DNA of 61,763 nucleotides, the filler included. It is 9 parts of 9 records of this genome, joined end to end, with 100 filler letters (N's around TTAATTAATTAA, not from the genome) between each part and the next. Parts side by side here need not be neighbours in the genome. Positions count along the whole stretch, not along the records: positions 1 to 6,326 come from DRR723986_136525; positions 6,427 to 12,435 come from DRR723986_141107; 7 more parts are not named here. One strand, written 5' to 3'. Within the stretch, counting starts at the first letter, position 1. Each line of letters opens with the position of its first letter. Below are positions 1 to 9,642 of this stretch, in pieces. The position numbers were made by a program, and so were the translations under genes. The notes below the pieces were generated by a model, which was not told the origin of the DNA, made no database searches, and saw only the letters and a program-made list of their open reading frames with translations.

Positions 1-1
1 A

Positions 2-889
2 CGGCTGGGGTTTGACTTCTGCGGGATAGCAAAAGCAGGATTTTTGGAGGAGGAAGCACCTAAACTGGAAGATTGGCTTAACTGGAATTACAACGGTCAA
101 ATGGGCTATCTGGCCAATCACTTTGACAAGAGACTCGACCCAACCAAACTGATTGAAGGTGCCAAGACGGTGGTTTCTTTGGTTTATAATTATTATCCGA
201 AGGATGAATTGCCAAGAGGTAACTCCAATATCAAGCTTGCCAAATACGCCTACGGAGAGGATTATCACTTTGTGATTCGGGACAAACTGAATGAATTTTT
301 GGAAATCCTACGCGATGAAATCGGTGAAATCGATGGTCGTGGATTTGTGGATTCCGCTCCCGTCATGGAGCGTCAGTGGGCGCAGAAAGCCGGTTTGGGC
401 TGGTTGGGAAAAAACAGTCTTCTACTTAATAGAGAGATGGGCAGTTTCTTTTTTCTAGCCGAACTCATCATTGATCTGGAAGTAACTCCGGATACCCCTC
501 TTGCCAAAGATTACTGCGGTACTTGCACTGCCTGCATCGATGCTTGTCCCACAGATGCGATTGTGGAAAATGGAGTCATTGATGGTTCCCGATGCATTTC
601 TTATCTGACCATTGAACTGAAAGACTCCATTCCCAGCGAGTTCAAAGGCAAGATGGAAAACTGGGCATTTGGCTGTGATATCTGCCAGGACGTATGTCCT
701 TGGAATCGCTTTTCCAAGCCTCATCAGGAGCCAAAATTCCAACCTCATCCAGAGCTAGAAGAATTTACCAATCGGGATTGGCAAGAAATCACTGAAGAAA
801 CTTTCCGTAAGGTTTTCAAAAAATCAGCAGTAAAGCGCACCAAACTTGCAGGGTTAAAAAGAAATATCGACTTTCTGAAATCAAATTAA
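2..889 (+). CDS. queG: tRNA epoxyqueuosine(34) reductase QueG (5'-truncated at window start)
   Basis: Frame is open from position 2 ([12 protein letters not shown]...). Two Fe-S motifs, [13 protein letters not shown] and [13 protein letters not shown], plus YAYGEDYH and VDSAPVMER. Confidence 0.95.
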   Translation, partial: RLGFDFCGIAKAGFLEEEAPKLEDWLNWNYNGQMGYLANHFDKRLDPTKLIEGAKTVVSLVYNYYPKDELPRGNSNIKLAKYAYGEDYHFVIRDKLNEFLEILRDEIGEIDGRGFVDSAPVMERQWAQKAGLGWLGKNSLLLNREMGSFFFLAELIIDLEVTPDTPLAKDYCGTCTACIDACPTDAIVENGVIDGSRCISYLTIELKDSIPSEFKGKMENWAFGCDICQDVCPWNRFSKPHQEPKFQPHPELEEFTNRDWQEITEETFRKVFKKSAVKRTKLAGLKRNIDFLKSN

Positions 890-906
890 CCTCTTCCGAG
901 ATTCTT

Positions 907-2019
907 ATGAGCCCTCAAACTCCAAATCTTAAAGCTGTTCAGAAGCTTTTTAAGCCTAAAAAGAAGAAAAAGAAAAACACTCACAAGGTTGGACTACCTC
1001 CTGGTGCTTTAGTCTTTACCGGAGATAAAAAGCTAGAAAAAGTATTGATCAATATCATCACCTATGATGAAAATGATTTATATGAAGAAACTATTCTTCT
1101 CAATCAACTGGAGGAACATTTGAAGCTGAAAAAGAAGGTACTTTGGATAGATGTGATTGGCCTTCATGACGTAGAATTGATGGAGAAAATCGGTTTACTG
1201 TTTGGAATCCATAAGCTGACTATGGAAGATATTCTGAACGTAGATCAGCGTCCGAAAATGGAAGCATTTGAGGATTATCTTTTTGCCGCCATGAAGATGA
1301 TCCAATGTGATTCGCCAGAGGCACCGATAGACGATGAGCAAATCAGCTTTGTGTTGAAAGATGGAGTTTTATTGACATTTCAAGAGAAAAAAGGAGACGT
1401 ATTTCAGTTTGTGAGAAGTCGCCTGGCTGATCAAAAACGCGCCATCCGACAGCGAAAAGCCGATTACCTACTCTATGCACTTCTGGATGCCGTGATTGAC
1501 AATTACTTCATCGTGATGGAAAATGTGGGTGAACGGATAGAAAACCTGGAATCCCAAGCGATGTTCACCCCAGGCAATGAGACGCTGAATGCGCTCTATG
1601 TGCAAAGACGTGAAATGATGGATCTTCGCAGGACGGTGTATCCACTTCGTGAAGTGATTGGCTCTTTTGACAAATACGCAGATGACAAAATCAGTCCCGA
1701 AACCCGACCTTTTATCCGTGATTTATATGAAAATACCATACAGGTAATCGAAACCATGGAGGTCTTTCGAGACATGTCCTCAGGAGTTTTGGATCTCTAC
1801 ATGAATAGCCTTTCCAACCGCATGAATAACATCATGAAGGTGCTTACCATCATCTCCACGATCTTTATTCCACTGAGTTTTGTGGCAGGGGTCTATGGAA
1901 TGAACTTCGACAATATGCCTGAGTTACATTGGAAATACAGCTATTTCGTCGTCATGGGTGGAATGACAGCAGCTGTGATTGGTATGCTTCTTTTTTTCCG
2001 AAGGAAAAATTGGCTATAG
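907..2019 (+). CDS. corA: Magnesium/cobalt transporter CorA
   Basis: GLPPG N-terminus, QRPK motif, C-terminal TM pair with the YGMNF-x-x-MPEL signature. Confidence 0.95.
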   Translation: MSPQTPNLKAVQKLFKPKKKKKKNTHKVGLPPGALVFTGDKKLEKVLINIITYDENDLYEETILLNQLEEHLKLKKKVLWIDVIGLHDVELMEKIGLLFGIHKLTMEDILNVDQRPKMEAFEDYLFAAMKMIQCDSPEAPIDDEQISFVLKDGVLLTFQEKKGDVFQFVRSRLADQKRAIRQRKADYLLYALLDAVIDNYFIVMENVGERIENLESQAMFTPGNETLNALYVQRREMMDLRRTVYPLREVIGSFDKYADDKISPETRPFIRDLYENTIQVIETMEVFRDMSSGVLDLYMNSLSNRMNNIMKVLTIISTIFIPLSFVAGVYGMNFDNMPELHWKYSYFVVMGGMTAAVIGMLLFFRRKNWL

Positions 2020-2020
2020 C

Positions 2021-2425
2021 TTACTGAAGCTTTAAAATGACATCTTTTTTACCATTTTTAAGTAAGAGCTCTCCAGCACTTACCTGATAATAGCGCACAG
2101 ATTTGAGGACTTCCAAAAATTTGTTTTCGAAAGGAGAATCTTGACAAGCCATTCTTGTTGCTCCAATTTCCCCGAATTTCAATGTATTTTTCTTCCCTAT
2201 TTCATAAGGTCCAAAAATACGATTACATCCACCAGTCCCAGTAATCATACCTTCTCTGGAATCAAAAATTAAATGAGCATCCTGCTCCGAACCTGAAGTT
2301 TGAACCGGTACTTGCATGATCTCCACCAAAGTCCATTGCTTGCCGTCCCACTTTTTATCAGGATATGATTTGGAACTGCAGGAAGCTAAAATAAGAAGTG
2401 TGAATACAAGAAATATATTTTTCAT
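2021..2425 (-). CDS. META (HslJ-like) domain lipoprotein
   Basis: Lipobox LASC; GTGGCNRIFG and TRMAC motifs. Confidence 0.85.
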   Translation of the reverse strand: MKNIFLVFTLLILASCSSKSYPDKKWDGKQWTLVEIMQVPVQTSGSEQDAHLIFDSREGMITGTGGCNRIFGPYEIGKKNTLKFGEIGATRMACQDSPFENKFLEVLKSVRYYQVSAGELLLKNGKKDVILKLQ

Positions 2426-2485
2426 AATTGGGTGATTTACTTCTAATAAGTCCTAAATCATGCCAAATTGTTCCGACATCTGATT

Positions 2486-3343
2486 TTAAAAAGCCTTCAA
2501 GCTGATATCTAAACTATTCACCGAATGTGTCAATGCCCCCATTGATATATAATCTACTCCGCATTCAGCCACATCTACAAGGGTCTCTTCGGTAATTCCC
2601 CCAGAAGCCTCGGTTTTGTATTGATTTCCAATTAAAGCTACCGCCTCTCGCATAGTCGCATAATCCATGTTATCCAACATAATCTGATCTACTCCCCCTA
2701 CGGCCAGCACTTGCTTGACTTCATCCAGATTTCGGGTTTCTATTTCTATTCTCAGATCCAGATTATTGGTTTTTAAATAAGCATTGCATCTTTCGATAGC
2801 CTGAGGTATTCCTCCCGCAAAATCCACATGGTTGTCTTTGAGCATAACCATATCATAGAGTGCAAAGCGATGATTAACGCCTCCACCGATTAATACAGCC
2901 CATTTTTCCATCAATCTGAAATTAGGAGTTGTCTTACGAGTATCCATCAAACGAGCCTTTGTATGCAGAATCTTTTTAGTAAGACGATGAGTTAGGGTCG
3001 CAATCCCACTCATACGCTGCATGCAATTCAAGACCAACCGCTCAGAAGAAAGAATAGAAGCTGAAGCCCCTTTTACGATCAAACCAATATCACCATAATT
3101 GACTTCATCGCCGTCTTTGATCAACAGCTCTACTTCAAGAGTGGGATCAAAAGTCTTAAAAATCTTCTCTGCCAACTCGATACCCGCTATTATACCATCG
3201 TCTTTGATAAGGAGTTTTGCCTGCCCGGTTTTTCCCTCTGGAATAGAAGAAAGTGAAGAGTAATCACCTGGACCAATATCCTCTGCAAAGGCAGCTGCAA
3301 TAAATGTGGAAATGGCTTCTTCGGTAAGATAAGTAGGTTTCAT
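2486..3343 (-). CDS. nadC: Quinolinate phosphoribosyltransferase (nicotinate-nucleotide diphosphorylase)
   Basis: DTRKTTP, NHRFAL, LKDNH, IEIE, MLDN and EASGGI motifs. Likely start is the ATG at 3343 (MKPTYL). Confidence 0.95.
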   Translation of the reverse strand: MKPTYLTEEAISTFIAAAFAEDIGPGDYSSLSSIPEGKTGQAKLLIKDDGIIAGIELAEKIFKTFDPTLEVELLIKDGDEVNYGDIGLIVKGASASILSSERLVLNCMQRMSGIATLTHRLTKKILHTKARLMDTRKTTPNFRLMEKWAVLIGGGVNHRFALYDMVMLKDNHVDFAGGIPQAIERCNAYLKTNNLDLRIEIETRNLDEVKQVLAVGGVDQIMLDNMDYATMREAVALIGNQYKTEASGGITEETLVDVAECGVDYISMGALTHSVNSLDISLKAF

Positions 3344-3537
3344 GCCCAAAAATAGGGATTTGAAGCTCCCGCAAAGGCGCAAATGCGCAAATTTCTTTCA
3401 GTAAAAAAGCATTTCATTGGTATTGAAGATAGATAATGAGCAATGATCCGTAATCAAATTCAATATTCAAGGGAAAGCGATCACCAACATTATGCTTTCT
3501 CCAAGCTCCTCAGGGTAAAAATGCTTTAAAAAACACC

Positions 3538-3936
3538 TTAGCCTTTTACAAATTCCAAACTGTAAATTTTAAATTCAGAAGCTTGTTGGGAGACTTTTAT
3601 AAACACCTTAAAAATTCCTTGGCCAGTTTGATAATCACCAATATAAGAGCTCAAAATTGGGTTGTTTTCACTTCGGAAAACAAGATTAAAACCTAATGAA
3701 GGATTTCTCTTAAAAAAATCTTTTAAGACAAGTTCTGCCTGATTTTTAGAATAATCTCCCTGCTGTCCGTTTACATTTAAGGATATACTGGAATCGAAGT
3801 ATTTGGCTAAATCGCTGCTAGAACCACTTTCAATTGCAGAAATAACCGTTTCTATGGAGTTCACGTTTTCAATATCCTCAACGGGAGATTGAATAAACAG
3901 GAATATCGAAACGATTAAACTTAATAATGAGGTCAT
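3538..3936 (-). CDS. DUF4783-like exported protein
   Basis: Signal peptide and YSKNQAELVLKDFF motif; lies between nadC and gpmI as is usual in Bacteroidota. Confidence 0.75.
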   Translation of the reverse strand: MTSLLSLIVSIFLFIQSPVEDIENVNSIETVISAIESGSSSDLAKYFDSSISLNVNGQQGDYSKNQAELVLKDFFKRNPSLGFNLVFRSENNPILSSYIGDYQTGQGIFKVFIKVSQQASEFKIYSLEFVKG

Positions 3937-4061
3937 TGCCCTTGCTAGGCAAATACTAAGCCAAAAAAGGAATCATGTTCTGCATTTATCAGTTTACCAA
4001 GCGCATATCTTGGAAGTTTTGTGTTATCAGGATTTCGGGACTACTTTACTCTGAATTATAA

Positions 4062-4069
4062 TATATTTG
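4062..4069 (+). promoter_or_regulatory. Bacteroidota housekeeping promoter -7 element upstream of gpmI
   Basis: TATATTTG matches TAnnTTTG just upstream of the ATG at 4074, which would imply a near-leaderless mRNA. Confidence 0.5.
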
Positions 4070-4073
4070 CGGT

Positions 4074-5597
4074 ATGGATAAGAAAGTACTTTTAATGATT
4101 TTGGATGGTTGGGGAATAGCCACCAATCCTTCTGTTTCTGCGATTGACAAAGCAAAAACCCCTTTTGTAGATAGTCTTTACACAAAATATCCTCATGGAA
4201 AACTGGAAGCTTCTGGTCTTGCTGTAGGCTTACCAGAAGGCCAAATGGGCAATTCTGAGGTAGGTCACATGAATATAGGTGCAGGCCGGGTGGTGTATCA
4301 GGATTTAGTGAAAATCAACCTTGCCGTAGAAAATAAAGAGCTAAATACACATCCTGTTTTGGTAGAAGCATTTGCCAAAGCTAAAGCAGCAAAGAAGAAA
4401 GCTCACTTTATGGGATTGCTTTCCGACGGTGGTGTACATGCACATATTAAGCATTTGAAAGGCCTTTGTGATGCAGCAAAATTTAATGGAATGGACGATG
4501 TGTTTATTCATGCATTTACAGATGGTAGAGATACAGATCCTAAAGGAGGTATAGGATATCTTGAAGACCTTCAGGAGCATTTGACTCATTCTGCAGGGAA
4601 AGTCGCCTCGGTAGTAGGCAGATATTATGCAATGGATAGAGACAATCGTTGGGAGCGAGTAAAGCTTTCCTACGATGCCATGGTAAAAGGTGAGGGAGAA
4701 AAGTCCAAGGACATCATCGCCGCCATGCGCAAATCTTATGAAAACAGTGTGACTGACGAATTTATACGCCCAATCATCCATGTTGGAGCTGATAATAAGC
4801 CTTTGGCTATGATTGAAGATGGCGATCTTGTGATTTGCTTCAACTTCCGCACTGACCGAGGCCGGGAAATCTCCCAAGCGCTTACACAGCGTGATTTCGA
4901 AGATTTCAATATGAAAAAGTTGAATGTAGACTATATCACGTTTACGAATTATGATGCGACTTTCAAAGGAGTAGAAGTTCTATTCGAAAAAGACAATCTT
5001 AATAATACCTTGGGAGAAGTTCTGGAAAGAGCCAATAAGAAGCAGATAAGAATAGCTGAAACTGAGAAGTATCCTCATGTGACTTTCTTCTTTTCCGGAG
5101 GAAGAGAGCAGGAGTTCATGGGAGAAAGCAGATTACTTTGCCCATCTCCAAAAGTGGCAACCTATGACCTCAAACCTGAGATGAGTGCTTTTGAAATTGC
5201 CTCCAAAATCAATGGAGAGCTGAAAAAGAAAAGTGCTGATTTCATTTGCCTGAACTTCGCCAATGCAGATATGGTGGGTCACACAGGAGATTTCGATGCA
5301 GCTGTGAAAGCTTGTGAAGCTGTGGATGCTTGCGCAGAAAGTGTAATCACGACGGCTTTGGCCAACGATTACACGATTATCGTAATTGCAGATCACGGTA
5401 ATAGTGACATGATGATCAACGAAGATGGTTCTCCAAACACCGCGCATACTACCAACCTAGTGCCTTGCATCATGGTGGACAAAAATGACCAGTTGACTAT
5501 CAATGATGGGAAACTTGGAGATTTGGCTCCGACAATTCTTCAACTGATGGGGATAGAAAAGCCAAGCGATATGACTGGAAATGTCCTTTTGACTTAA
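4074..5597 (+). CDS. gpmI: 2,3-bisphosphoglycerate-independent phosphoglycerate mutase
   Basis: ILDGWG, GQMGNSEVGH, GRYYAMDRD, AETEKYPHVTFF and ADHGN motifs. Confidence 0.97.
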   Translation: MDKKVLLMILDGWGIATNPSVSAIDKAKTPFVDSLYTKYPHGKLEASGLAVGLPEGQMGNSEVGHMNIGAGRVVYQDLVKINLAVENKELNTHPVLVEAFAKAKAAKKKAHFMGLLSDGGVHAHIKHLKGLCDAAKFNGMDDVFIHAFTDGRDTDPKGGIGYLEDLQEHLTHSAGKVASVVGRYYAMDRDNRWERVKLSYDAMVKGEGEKSKDIIAAMRKSYENSVTDEFIRPIIHVGADNKPLAMIEDGDLVICFNFRTDRGREISQALTQRDFEDFNMKKLNVDYITFTNYDATFKGVEVLFEKDNLNNTLGEVLERANKKQIRIAETEKYPHVTFFFSGGREQEFMGESRLLCPSPKVATYDLKPEMSAFEIASKINGELKKKSADFICLNFANADMVGHTGDFDAAVKACEAVDACAESVITTALANDYTIIVIADHGNSDMMINEDGSPNTAHTTNLVPCIMVDKNDQLTINDGKLGDLAPTILQLMGIEKPSDMTGNVLLT

Positions 5598-6166
5598 TGA
5601 AACATTGCAAAAGTTTTTCTTTAGGGATCCTTTTCGTTTTGTTTGGGCTTTCCTCCTGTGTGGATGAGATTTCAAATACCATCGAAACAGACCCCTATTT
5701 TGATCTAAAAGGATTTGTAGAAGAGAATATCCAAAAAGTAGATAACGTAGAAGTTGCCAAAGTCTCTCAGATTCAAGAAGAGAAAAAGGAAGTGAAAGTG
5801 GTCTATTCTATCAAGGATTGGGAGGAAGAATTTAGCATTTTCAAAGAAGCTGATATCAATAAGGCTTCCATGCTACAATCCTATAAAACCACGACTTCAG
5901 ACGAGGGTTTGACTCACGAAGCGCTACCAAATTCCAAAGAAAAAGTGAAATTCGTCAAAGTAACCTATGATGATGGAGCAGTAAGCAGTGTTTCAATCAA
6001 AATAGAAGATGATAACTTATTCTACTCTACTACTACCTTGGCAGCTATCTATATTGATAATGCTACCAAGTTAATTGATCATTATTCCATTGAGACAACT
6101 CAGAAGATTTGGTTTTTGGATGAGAATAACATGAAAATCGAAGGAACAATAGTCCCAAAAGATTAA
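5597..6166 (+). CDS. Hypothetical lipoprotein
   Basis: Lipobox LSSC; YFDLKGF motif; start overlaps the gpmI stop. Confidence 0.7.
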   Translation: MKHCKSFSLGILFVLFGLSSCVDEISNTIETDPYFDLKGFVEENIQKVDNVEVAKVSQIQEEKKEVKVVYSIKDWEEEFSIFKEADINKASMLQSYKTTTSDEGLTHEALPNSKEKVKFVKVTYDDGAVSSVSIKIEDDNLFYSTTTLAAIYIDNATKLIDHYSIETTQKIWFLDENNMKIEGTIVPKD

Positions 6167-6326
6167 GGGCTTTTCCACATTAAAAAACAAAGTAAAGGAC
6201 TGGAGAAAATCTTCAGTCCTTTCTTTTTCTAATGAATTTTTGGTTACTGGCAAAATTGCGGAGGATCATATTGTTTAATATGTATATCCGCTTTTATACC
6301 AGTAAAGGGGGAAAAGCAATCTAGAA

Positions 6327-6426
6327 NNNNNNNNNNNNNNNNNNNNNNNNNNNNNNNNNNNNNNNNNNNNTTAATTAATTAANNNNNNNNNNNNNNNNNN
6401 NNNNNNNNNNNNNNNNNNNNNNNNNN
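6327..6426. other. Artificial contig linker (N44-TTAATTAATTAA-N44); identical linkers at 12436-12535, 23163-23262, 29913-30012, 35462-35561, 44767-44866, 50211-50310, 56096-56195
   Basis: Eight identical 100-nt spacers with a six-frame stop core; genes are cut at their edges. Confidence 0.98.
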
Positions 6427-6499
6427 CGATTCTCGATTTTCGATTTTCGATTTTCGTAATTGTTAATCGATAATCGCCCGAAGCGAACGCAGTGAGCGC
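6427..6499. repeat. Heptamer tandem repeat (CGATTTT-like x4) followed by a REP-like motif
   Basis: cgattct cgatttt cgatttt cgatttt, then gcccgaagcgaacgcagtgagcgc. A degenerate copy of the heptamer run is at about 12336-12363. Confidence 0.6.
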
Positions 6500-7342
6500 C
6501 TATCCCCATTTATCATTCAACAACTTCGTAAACTGAATAGCGGTTTCGTTAGCATACTCTTTTGTTCGATAAGTATCCACCCAAATCACACCTTGAATGG
6601 CATTGGTCAAGAAAACCTCATCTGCCACCAATAAGTTTTGAGGGGAAATATTACATTCGTAAACCTTTATTTCATTGGCTAAGGCCAGATTTATTATCTG
6701 CATTCGCATAGTTCCGCCTAAAGGACCTAAATCTAAACTTGGCGTATATAAAACTCCGTTTGAAACAACGAATAAATTAGATGACCCTCCTTCAATGATT
6801 CCCATCTTATAATTCTGAATCAACAAATCATCCAATCCTTTTTCACGCGCTTTTAACTTCGCCATGATGTATATCAAACCATTCTTAGTTTTGAAGGCCG
6901 AAAGTGGATTGATATCCTTTTTGATTTCGTCATAAAGATCAATGCGATATCCTTTCTCGTTGAGAACATATTCATTGTTTTCATATGATTTTGCCTCTAT
7001 GAAATAATCTACAAAATTAGACGAAGGTAAAAACGTCCCTCCAGGTTTACGGTCAATTGAGAATCTGACGCGACCGCCTTGAGTAATTTTATTTTCGTTA
7101 ACTAAGGTTTGAATCTCCTCTGAAAAATGCTCAACAGTAAAATGAACTGGAGGATTCATTTGCAAGGCCTCCATTCCAGCAACCAATCTCTTGAAGTGAT
7201 TATCCAGGTTTATTGCACGACCATTTAATACACGAATAGACTCAAACAATCCGTCTCCATACAAATAAGCCCTGTTCCCTGCCATGATTGAATAAGATGC
7301 TGCAGGAATTAACACGCCATTATTGTTTACATATTGATTCAT
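6500..7342 (-). CDS. Class IV PLP aminotransferase (4-amino-4-deoxychorismate lyase-like)
   Basis: NRAYLYGDGLFESIR, catalytic FKT, IEGGSSNLF, GTMR and EVFLTNA motifs. Confidence 0.9.
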   Translation of the reverse strand: MNQYVNNNGVLIPAASYSIMAGNRAYLYGDGLFESIRVLNGRAINLDNHFKRLVAGMEALQMNPPVHFTVEHFSEEIQTLVNENKITQGGRVRFSIDRKPGGTFLPSSNFVDYFIEAKSYENNEYVLNEKGYRIDLYDEIKKDINPLSAFKTKNGLIYIMAKLKAREKGLDDLLIQNYKMGIIEGGSSNLFVVSNGVLYTPSLDLGPLGGTMRMQIINLALANEIKVYECNISPQNLLVADEVFLTNAIQGVIWVDTYRTKEYANETAIQFTKLLNDKWG

Positions 7343-7950
7343 CAGAAAATTTTAGAAAAGAAGTTCAACAAATATTCATAATCCACCAAAGAGATAAAAA
7401 CGATCCCGAAAATGGCACCGGCAAAATGGGCGTCATGCGCAATGCCAGTCCCTCCCCTTTTTGACATGTAGTATTCAACAGCTAAAATGATCGGACCAAA
7501 AATATAAGCCTTTATCGGTATAGGTAAAAACAGTAACATCAATTCAACATTCGGATTCATGATGACAAATGCAAATAAAACGGCCATCACCGCACCTGAG
7601 GCTCCAAGTGAATTATAGTTCGGATTGTCTTTGTTTCTGCTTAAAGACAATATGGTTGAAAAAAAGATCCCTCCGACATAAAGACAAGCAAAATACATAT
7701 ATCCTTTTGCCCCATGAAGCGCAATCAATTCCATTTCCAAAATCTCTCCAAAGCCAAACAACACGTACATATTGAATATCAGATGCATCCAATCTGCATG
7801 AATAAATGCATGCGTAAAAGAACGGTACCATTCCTTGTTGTGAACAACACTGTACGGATTGAACATGAGCTTCCATTTGAACTCATTATCACCGAATGCT
7901 TTAACGGAAATCAGAATAGTTACTACTAATAATAAATAGGTAATGTACAT
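7342..7950 (-). CDS. Rhomboid family intramembrane serine protease
   Basis: WYR, HADWMHLIFNM, GASG and AHDAHFAG motifs. Confidence 0.93.
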   Translation of the reverse strand: MYITYLLLVVTILISVKAFGDNEFKWKLMFNPYSVVHNKEWYRSFTHAFIHADWMHLIFNMYVLFGFGEILEMELIALHGAKGYMYFACLYVGGIFFSTILSLSRNKDNPNYNSLGASGAVMAVLFAFVIMNPNVELMLLFLPIPIKAYIFGPIILAVEYYMSKRGGTGIAHDAHFAGAIFGIVFISLVDYEYLLNFFSKIF

Positions 7951-8034
7951 TTAATGGTTTCTTTTCTTCCGTTCACAAGAATTATCTAAATTGCATTCAA
8001 TCCTGATAATTAATATCGGGGCTAAGTAATTGAT

Positions 8035-9633
8035 ATGAAGGACTACACATTTTATATACTGTCAATCTTCTTTTTTGTTTCATTGTCAAGCTGTGGAAAC
8101 ACCACTCGAGAATTATCTGAAGAAGAAGTTGCCATTAGCGAAGAGCTAAAAACCAAATATCAACATGTTGAAACATTGGTCTTTGACAAAGACACCTTAC
8201 TGGCTTCAAGTGAGGTGCTCACCTTTTATTCTGAAAGAGATTATAGTCCAATTTGGGTAGAAAAAGAGGGGCTAAATGATAATGGAGAAGAGATGCTCTC
8301 ACTGATTGGAGATTCAAGAGATTATGGCTTTTTACCCGAAATGTTTCATTACTCTGATATCGTAGGGTCTAAAAACTCTGCTGTTTTAGATGCAGAAATG
8401 CTTCTGACAAATGCCTTCATGTTGTATATCACTCATATCAATGTAGGATTTACAGACACCTTGGATTACAGCTATAAATGGAAAAAAGACAAAATTCAAT
8501 TCAGTATAGAAGAAGAATTAGATAAAGTGGCCTTGGGTGAATCTGCAAAAGAAATCATTCTGTCCAAACAACCTGATTTTTGGGATTATCGCCAACTTCA
8601 AAACGGATTAACCGCCTTTTTAGATGAATATCCTTTGGATACCAATCACTATGACATCCCAGCGTTTAAAGAGGATTCAGTCTTATGCTACAAAGTGGCT
8701 CACGCAGCACTCTTAGGACATGCTTTCATTGACTCAAGCGTGAGCGCACAAGATTCATCCTTCATTGAACAGCTCAGAAAATTTCAGAAAGTTAACGGTC
8801 TTTTGGATGATGCCATTGTAGGCAAATGGACTGGACGTGCATTGAACAAAAGTAATACGGACAGATTCTACTCTGCCGCCATCAGCTTAGAAAAATGGAG
8901 ATGGAAACAAGCTTATCCTAACAAATACATTCGTGTGAACATCCCTGAATTCACTTTGTATTTCGTGGATAGTAATGAAGTCAAACGTAAACACAGAGTT
9001 GTAGTTGGAGCCTACGCTACTCAGACCCCAGAATTCCAGGCAACATTGAAGCGCATGGTTACCAACCCATTTTGGCACGTGCCCTATTCTATCGCGTCAA
9101 CTGAAATACTCTACGGCGCTAGAAAAGACACAGGTTATTTTTCTAAACGAGGATATAAAATCTTTAAAAAGGGAGAAGAAGTTGATCCAAAAACGGTTGA
9201 CTGGTCGAAAGTTGGTCAAAATTCATTTGGATACAAAGTTCGTCAAGAAGGTGGTGGCGGAAACAGTCTAGGACGAATCAAATTTTTGTTCCCAAATGAA
9301 CATTTCGTTTTCATACATGATACCCCATCAAAGCGTTTGTTTAAAAATGACGTTAGAGCTTATTCACACGGTTGTGTGCGATTAGATCAACCATTTGATT
9401 TGGCAAAATCCTTGATTATTGCAGATGGCATGACAGAGAAAATGCCTGCAGACACCTTAGACAGCCTTGTTGTTAGAGGCAATCAACGCGTTTTAGAATT
9501 GAATGATCCGTTTGAAGTTTACATTGAATATATCACCGCAACTGGAGATAGTAGTGGAAATGTTATTTTTCATCCCGATATTTACGGTCGAGATGAAAAG
9601 TTCATCACCAATACTTTTAAAAAATTCAATTGA
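8035..9633 (+). CDS. L,D-transpeptidase (YcbB/LdtD-like) lipoprotein
   Basis: Lipobox LSSC; PG-binding-like FQKVNGL-DAIVG; VNIPEF, LGRIKFLFPN and IHDTP...SHGCVR motifs. Confidence 0.92.
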   Translation: MKDYTFYILSIFFFVSLSSCGNTTRELSEEEVAISEELKTKYQHVETLVFDKDTLLASSEVLTFYSERDYSPIWVEKEGLNDNGEEMLSLIGDSRDYGFLPEMFHYSDIVGSKNSAVLDAEMLLTNAFMLYITHINVGFTDTLDYSYKWKKDKIQFSIEEELDKVALGESAKEIILSKQPDFWDYRQLQNGLTAFLDEYPLDTNHYDIPAFKEDSVLCYKVAHAALLGHAFIDSSVSAQDSSFIEQLRKFQKVNGLLDDAIVGKWTGRALNKSNTDRFYSAAISLEKWRWKQAYPNKYIRVNIPEFTLYFVDSNEVKRKHRVVVGAYATQTPEFQATLKRMVTNPFWHVPYSIASTEILYGARKDTGYFSKRGYKIFKKGEEVDPKTVDWSKVGQNSFGYKVRQEGGGGNSLGRIKFLFPNEHFVFIHDTPSKRLFKNDVRAYSHGCVRLDQPFDLAKSLIIADGMTEKMPADTLDSLVVRGNQRVLELNDPFEVYIEYITATGDSSGNVIFHPDIYGRDEKFITNTFKKFN

Positions 9634-9642
9634 TTTCATTTT

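Noticed and set aside
6371-6382. Recurrent TTAATTAATTAA motif
   Set aside because: Always centred in 100-nt N spacers; an artificial linker.
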